Assembly: GCA_964035545.1 (NCBI GenBank)
Contig: OZ037767.1
Location: forward strand, 10,674,581 to 10,738,580
Length of the DNA: 64,000 bases
Direction of reading: 5' to 3'
DNA from: Bugula neritina
Lineage: Eukaryota; Animalia; Bryozoa
Shown here: positions 63,280-64,000 of the stretch, one piece after another
Layout of the letters: each line of letters opens with the position of its first letter
How positions within the stretch are numbered: the stretch's first letter is position 1
The notes under the pieces: generated by a model
Told to the model about the DNA's origin: nothing
Databases searched by the model: none
What the model saw: the letters and a program-made list of their open reading frames with translations, nothing else
Translations under genes and position numbers: made by a program

Positions 63280-64000
63280 CTGCAACAGATGACTTGACTT
63301 TAGAAGAGTCAGTAGACACAGTAGTTGACTAATTTCAGTCTATCCTGCTAAAATAGAAGGGTGGTAATAGGCAGGACCAGGCAGGATGGACCATGGCTAA
63401 ACCAGAAAAACAGCTCCGGCAAAACAGAAATTATTTATGACCAAATTGTGACTGTATTTATAAAAATAATAGTCTAATATAACAAGTGAAATATTGTCAT
63501 AGTTGGAGGTATAATTAGAGTGTTGCTTTATTTTGAATATAGGATTTATCTCCCTTGGATTGAAGTTTTAGTTATTGGAAACTGTCCAAAGCTGGCAAAC
63601 CTGCCCAGGAACTTCACATCAGCATACAAACACAACAAATTAACCTTAACTTTCATATGACAGCCATAACATCGTAATACTAATTACGAAATAAAATATA
63701 TATTGTTTTACACAATAGCCAAATACGTATTAATAGAATTGTGGGGTTAATTAGGGGGCAAATAACTTCCTAATCAATAATCATCAATACTTTTTGTGTT
63801 GATTGTTTATCAGCCTTAATTAGTAGCAAACTTATTGCTTTTGGTATTCATCAATAAAAAAGCTGCAGCATATCGTACTAGATAATGAGAGTAAAGTCAG
63901 TGGATATATGCAATCTATTGTTGGCTAATGATAATTCTGGGCACCGAAGCTGATGGCTTCATTGCCTGCTAATGAATATATTGATGAATGAACTCTTTCA

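Overview
AT-rich, intron-containing genomic DNA from an invertebrate metazoan; the species cannot be fixed from sequence alone. All gene models were built by hand from splice signals and reading-frame phase. From left to right the window holds: a gene-poor first 10 kb with one candidate small 3-exon orphan gene; SRF (+); FRMD8/iTAP-like (-); Salvador/SAV1 (+); a DUF4200 CCDC42/CFAP73/CCDC197-like coiled-coil gene (-); SEC11 signal peptidase (+); an unrecognised 9-exon single-pass membrane protein gene (-); golgin-84/GOLGA5 (-); and the 3' part of JKAMP (-). Introns carry tRNA-derived SINEs, TA-flanked MITEs, a hAT-like MITE and many micro/minisatellites. Most notable: (1) two tandem, same-phase, paralogous FERM F2-lobe exons in FRMD8 that look mutually exclusive; (2) 3/6-bp-periodic degenerate tracts lying just downstream of most inferred promoters, mirrored around two bidirectional promoters; (3) a CArG/ETS cluster in SRF intron 1 suggesting autoregulation; (4) two orphan spliced genes that the ORF track misses or shows only as fragments. 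Most entries in the supplied ORF track are artefacts of repeats or introns.
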